Positions 59,537 to 64,000 of a stretch of DNA of 64,000 nt are shown piece after piece. The stretch's first letter is position 1; each line of letters opens with the position of its first letter. The stretch comes from an uncultured Lentisphaerales bacterium (lineage in GTDB: Bacteria > Verrucomicrobiota > Lentisphaeria > JABSQK01 > UBA12247). The translations under genes and the position numbers were made by a program. The stretch spans positions 73,261 through 137,260 of the forward strand of contig CALSSJ010000031.1 of the NCBI GenBank assembly GCA_943788985.1. The letters are read 5' to 3'. The notes beneath the pieces were generated by a model, which was given only the letters and a program-made list of their open reading frames with translations, made no database searches and was not told where the DNA came from.

Positions 59537-61675
59537 TCAGAGCGCGTCGCGAAAGCGCATCGCGGTCCGTATCACCTTGGAATTTGGGTACTCGGCGATG
59601 AGCTGGTTCAGCTTCACCCGTGCCAGCTCCGGATTCCCCATCTTGTGCACCGCCACTGCCCACTTCAGTAGCATCACGTCCAGAAAGCTCGCGTCTACAA
59701 AATCCTGAAAAACCAGTTCCATTAAGTCCACAGCGCGCTGATAATCCTCAGTTTCGATGTAAAACTGCACAACCTTCTCCAGCGATTGCCCTGCGAATGC
59801 AGACTCCGGATAGGTATTTGCGCAGGCCTTGTACGCCAGCACGCTATTTTGCGGTAAGACACGCGTTTCCACATTCTTCTGCTTCGCGTACGCGATCTTC
59901 TCAAAACTCTGCGCTAGGCAAAACTGAGCTTCTGCCTTCAGCTCGGACTGCGTCAGCCGCAACACCGCGCTGAACACACCGCTGGCTTCCGGCCAATCCG
60001 CCTCGTAGTCAGACGCCAGCTTCGCCTTGCCGATCTGGAGTAATGCTCGATCCGCGATTCTGGACTCAGGATACATCCGCAGCAGCGTATTACAGGTGTC
60101 CACCGCCCCGCGCAGATCATCCTGCACCAACAGCAGATCCCACTTCGTGTGAAACGCATCCTCCAGAGTCGCCTGCGGCAGATTGCCATTGATCGCCAGC
60201 CGAATCACCTCCGCGATCCGGTCTAGGCCCTCGACCGCCTTCTCATCCGCCTTCTGCTGCAAGCCCACCTCCTTAAAAATCTGCCCCAGCCTCAAGTGGA
60301 TCTGACTCTCGATCAAGTGCTTCTCTGCCTTTAATTCCACGTCCTTGACCACCCACTGTGTGATCTCCACATCCTGCTGAGATTCATCCAGAACCATGAC
60401 CGCAGCCAAAATCGGCACTGGTGCCTCCGCCATCGGCCGCAATTCATCCTCATAGACCGCGACAATTCGGTCGCCTATTTGAGCGTGCAACACACCATCG
60501 TCCACCTTGACTTGGCCATCGCCCTGGCGGGCTGGAACAGGTCGCAACTGGGCGGTGAAGGTTCCGCTGTGCGAATCGGTTTCCGTAAGCGTGATCGTCA
60601 CGCTGTCTCGCGGCTCGTAAAGTGCGCTGACCGAGGTCAAATCCAGCCCAATCAGATCGTCATCCTCCGGTTCCACCTCGAACTCACTACGGACCGTCAC
60701 CGTCAGCGTGTCGCGCTGTTCAGTCTGGTTGCCATCAAAATCCTTCAACCGCACAAACAGCTCATGATTCAACCGCGCCGACTGCACATAATCACGAAAG
60801 GCACCGTCCGTAAAGCCGATACTTGCCGTCGATGCCAGCCGTAGCGTGGTCAGCAATTTCTGGCTACTCTCACCATCCGCCGTCGTCTCATCCACGTACA
60901 CGACCTTAATCGCCTCGCGCCCCAGAAACTGCAACACGTGGTCCCCGGAAATGGGCGCCCCCGGCACAACCTCAAGCGATCCCAAATACGCCGTTCCCGC
61001 AGATCCCAGCGCGTGCAACGCCAGCTGCTCGCGGTCCCCTGACTCCGCCTCCACTTGCACCTGTACCGATGCACCTTCTTGGTGCAATACCGTGACCAGA
61101 TCCCGGTCGGATACCTTCACCCAGATCCGGCGGCCAGCCTCCCCGATCGTCTGCTCCACGTTCGTCGGCACCGATACCCCGACCATCTGCAACGCGTCGT
61201 ACGCGCGCGCCCAGCGTTTCATCTTGAAATGACACAACCCCACGTAGTAGAACGCCTCGTTCGCCCACACACTCCAGGGAAAATCGTTGGTCACCTTCCG
61301 CAGCGCGATAAACGCCTTGTCGTAGTCGTTCATCTCGTAGTAGCAGATTCCGGTCCGGTACATGCCTTCCGCTTGCACCACCTCATCCTCCGCCCTTTTC
61401 AGCCACATCAACTCATCCAGCGCATCCGGAAACTGCCGCTGCTCGAAGAAGTATTCGCCCAGCGCCAACCGCGCCTGAAATCGCACCTCGGACGTAGGAA
61501 ACAACCGCGGCACATCCTGCAGCAGCTTGACACCGGGATCGGTATTTCCCGCCTCTAGATACGCCTGAGCGCGCTGAATCATCTGGTGTGCCCGGTAGGC
61601 CTCATTCGCCCCGGTCTGCGCCTGAACCGCGGTCACCAGCGCGACCCAGACCAGCGCACTGAGAAACTTACTCAT
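59537..61675 (-). CDS. Exported TPR protein with two central beta-rich repeats
   Basis: Signal peptide; YfiO/CpoB-type TPRs (..FPxS..A) at both ends. Confidence 0.85.
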   Translation of the reverse strand: MSKFLSALVWVALVTAVQAQTGANEAYRAHQMIQRAQAYLEAGNTDPGVKLLQDVPRLFPTSEVRFQARLALGEYFFEQRQFPDALDELMWLKRAEDEVVQAEGMYRTGICYYEMNDYDKAFIALRKVTNDFPWSVWANEAFYYVGLCHFKMKRWARAYDALQMVGVSVPTNVEQTIGEAGRRIWVKVSDRDLVTVLHQEGASVQVQVEAESGDREQLALHALGSAGTAYLGSLEVVPGAPISGDHVLQFLGREAIKVVYVDETTADGESSQKLLTTLRLASTASIGFTDGAFRDYVQSARLNHELFVRLKDFDGNQTEQRDTLTVTVRSEFEVEPEDDDLIGLDLTSVSALYEPRDSVTITLTETDSHSGTFTAQLRPVPARQGDGQVKVDDGVLHAQIGDRIVAVYEDELRPMAEAPVPILAAVMVLDESQQDVEITQWVVKDVELKAEKHLIESQIHLRLGQIFKEVGLQQKADEKAVEGLDRIAEVIRLAINGNLPQATLEDAFHTKWDLLLVQDDLRGAVDTCNTLLRMYPESRIADRALLQIGKAKLASDYEADWPEASGVFSAVLRLTQSELKAEAQFCLAQSFEKIAYAKQKNVETRVLPQNSVLAYKACANTYPESAFAGQSLEKVVQFYIETEDYQRAVDLMELVFQDFVDASFLDVMLLKWAVAVHKMGNPELARVKLNQLIAEYPNSKVIRTAMRFRDAL

Positions 61676-63429
61676 CGAGACCTCCTCCCGTTGCTACCCC
61701 ATGCTTCTCCAGGAACTGATGTGCCTGCGAGGACTGCTTGCTCTTCGGATAAATTTTGAGGATCCGGCGAGCCCCCGCCACCGCTTTTTCCTGCAGCTTC
61801 TTCTTCTCGTAATACTCCACCCGCTTCCAGGCAGCCGCTGGTCCCTGCTTGGGAAACACCGCCTCAATCTCGCGCAGTATGGCACAGGCCTCGTCAAGCT
61901 TCTTCCAGCGCCAGTAGCAATCCTGAATATCCCACAGCGTCCGCGGCGGATCATCGATCTCATAATACAGCGAAATCGCCTGCGCGTACTCCTGCAGATG
62001 GAGCCTGTACGCCGCCGCCCGCGCCTCCCTAGCTCTCGGGGAGAACTCCCCATCGTTGGTCGCTTCCACCTGTTTTAGCAGCTCGACTGCTTCTGTCCAA
62101 CGTCCCTGACTCCCCAGCATCTGGTGAAGGATAAACTTGCGGCGCGGCACATGCGCGACCTTCCCCACATACTCCACCGCTCGGTTTCCATCCCCGATCT
62201 CGCCGTAGCCTGCTGCCACCCACAGATAGCGATCATCCCGCACACTCGTGGTATCCTCCGCAGCAATAGACTTCGCCGCCGCGCCGAGCACCCGCAGCGA
62301 GTACTCGTGATCGCCAAACTTCCGCTGGATCGTCGTCCACAGCGCCTCGATACCGCGCCCACGCATGTTTGGGCTCGCTCGCGATGTAGGCTAATACGCG
62401 ATTCAACGCTCCGTCCGTCTCGTCATCTTTCTTGATGTAGTAAATCGCCAGCGCGATCACCCGCGTATGATAGGCCCAAGACTCGCCATTCGCCGCCAGA
62501 TCCTTCTCCAACGACGCAGTTGCCTCGTCGATCGCCAGCTGAGTCTCACGCGGATTGCGAAGTCCGCGAGACACCATTTTCACCATCCGCGAGTGATACT
62601 CCCAAGCTTTTCCAGCCTCGATATACCCTGGTTCCGCTTCGCGATAAAACGCCGTAAACATCCGCACCAGTGGCTCATGTTTCTCACCGGCCAGGCCCCA
62701 CTTCTTATGTTTATCCCACAGCCCGCGCGTGATCCGGTCATAGGCATCCTGCGCCAACGCAAACTCTACCTTCTCCTGGTCCTCGTACTCCTTCCGGTAC
62801 CAGCTTGCGAACTCCGCAAACTGCCCGCGCCGTACATAATAATCGGCTAATCGGTCCCGGCAGATACCTGCCTCATGCTTGTTTGTCTCGCGAAAGTCTC
62901 GCAGCACCTGCTTCCAGCGCCGCTGCGCTGCAAGCTCATCCCCATCCCTCAGATGGCGATCTGCCAGCCGACGAATCGCCCCCGCAGCGATCGCGTGCTG
63001 GCTCCAGATCTTGTGGTCTGCCAGCAGTCGCATTGCCAACAGGCTGCGGCGGTCGTCACCATTGTCATTGTACGCCTGCCCAATCTGAAACTGCGCTTTT
63101 GCTGCTGGGTCCGAGTCCGTAGCGAAGTAGTCGATCACCTCCTGATACACGCGGATTGCCTTGTGTCGGTAGTTCCCCCCATGCAGCGACAACCCGTGAT
63201 AGAGCACCGCATAGGGCAGCGCGCTGCAACTCGGAAACTGCACCTTAAACTTCTCAAACTCAGCAGCAGCCGAGACAAACTGCTTGGCTTCGTACCGCTT
63301 ACGCGCCGCGTCGAACTGCCGCCGCTCGATCATATTCATCGCTTGATAGCGATCCGTAGGCAGCCAGCCTGCCCACGCCGGCAGTGCGAACATCGGCAAG
63401 ACTAAAATCACCAGAATGACCGGCCTCAT
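61668..63429 (-). CDS. Exported TPR protein (frameshift ~62360)
   Basis: MRPVILVILVLPMFALPAWA signal peptide; TPRs continue from ORF 62233..63492 into 61668..62366. Confidence 0.8.
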
Positions 63430-64000
63430 TCTCGTTCCTCCGCGGTCAACAAGACATTCTCCGTCAGCCGTCCCCGCGCCATCTTGGCCCACTTGCTATC
63501 CGGATAGTCCCAGGTCAGCTGCTTGAACGAGCGATAGGCCCGGGGGTAGTTCTTCGCACTCACGGACGCATCTCCCAGCCAGTACATCGCCTCCGCTCGC
63601 ACCGCCTTCTCATCCGGATAGTCCGTCGTCACCATATCGAAGCAGCGCACCGCCTGCGCGTAGTTCTCCGCCTTGATGAAACTGAGGCCAGCTAGCGCCA
63701 ACGACTTGGCAGCCAGGCGATGATGCGGATGATTCGCCTGAAACTTGCCGAAGATCTGCGCCGACGCAGTGTAGTTCTTCGCCTTATAATAAAAAGATGC
63801 CATGCGCACCACGGCGTCAGCGGCCAGGGGACTGTTCTTATAGACATAAGTCAGCCGCACATACTCCTCTAGGGCCTGCTCCGGCTCTCCCTTCTTCTCC
63901 AAACATAGCGCCTTTTTGAACAAGGCGGGCGCAGCGTGCTCCGAATCTGGCCACATCGCCAATACCCCCGCATATCGCCGAATCGCCTCCTCATAGTTGC
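63426..64000 (-). CDS. TPR protein, C-terminal part (5' end outside the window)
   Basis: Consecutive TPRs (YPDSKWA); frame stays open to the right edge. Confidence 0.85.
   Translation of the reverse strand, partial: NYEEAIRRYAGVLAMWPDSEHAAPALFKKALCLEKKGEPEQALEEYVRLTYVYKNSPLAADAVVRMASFYYKAKNYTASAQIFGKFQANHPHHRLAAKSLALAGLSFIKAENYAQAVRCFDMVTTDYPDEKAVRAEAMYWLGDASVSAKNYPRAYRSFKQLTWDYPDSKWAKMARGRLTENVLLTAEERE

Overview
Bacterial chromosomal window, probably from a PVC-superphylum organism such as Lentisphaerota. That is an inference from the sulfatases, Hanks kinases plus FHA, the large TPR operon and the repeat types. Eight single-base indels break otherwise intact genes, as expected of a long-read assembly. 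Left to right: (1) a minus-strand run of P1B ATPase, three SPFH/HflK-HflC genes, dinB and a RelE-like/UvrD helicase that the ORF track misses; (2) an acyltransferase-GNAT (OlsF-like) gene whose last 79 bp recur 6.4 kb downstream, and again in eroded form near 20.4 kb. The copies bracket an integrase-free accessory region with exported-protein genes, a RAYT (IS200-like Y1) transposase, several REP-like repeat families, a PIN pair and a sulfatase; (3) housekeeping genes (aas, pepD, tauE, DUF151, phoH, bcp, msrAB, ade, proS), an apparent flippase-esterase fusion, a collapsed nrfH::nrfA pseudogene and tandem ppk2; (4) two Ser/Thr kinases, a hidden TerB-like gene, and mglA-mglB divergent from an HhH + Roadblock protein; (5) a TPR operon running off the right end. 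The best candidates for an undescribed system are the REP/RAYT-associated serial insertion hotspot and the MglA/MglB/HhH-Roadblock module. No rRNA, tRNA or CRISPR array was seen. All family calls come from motif recognition, not database searches.
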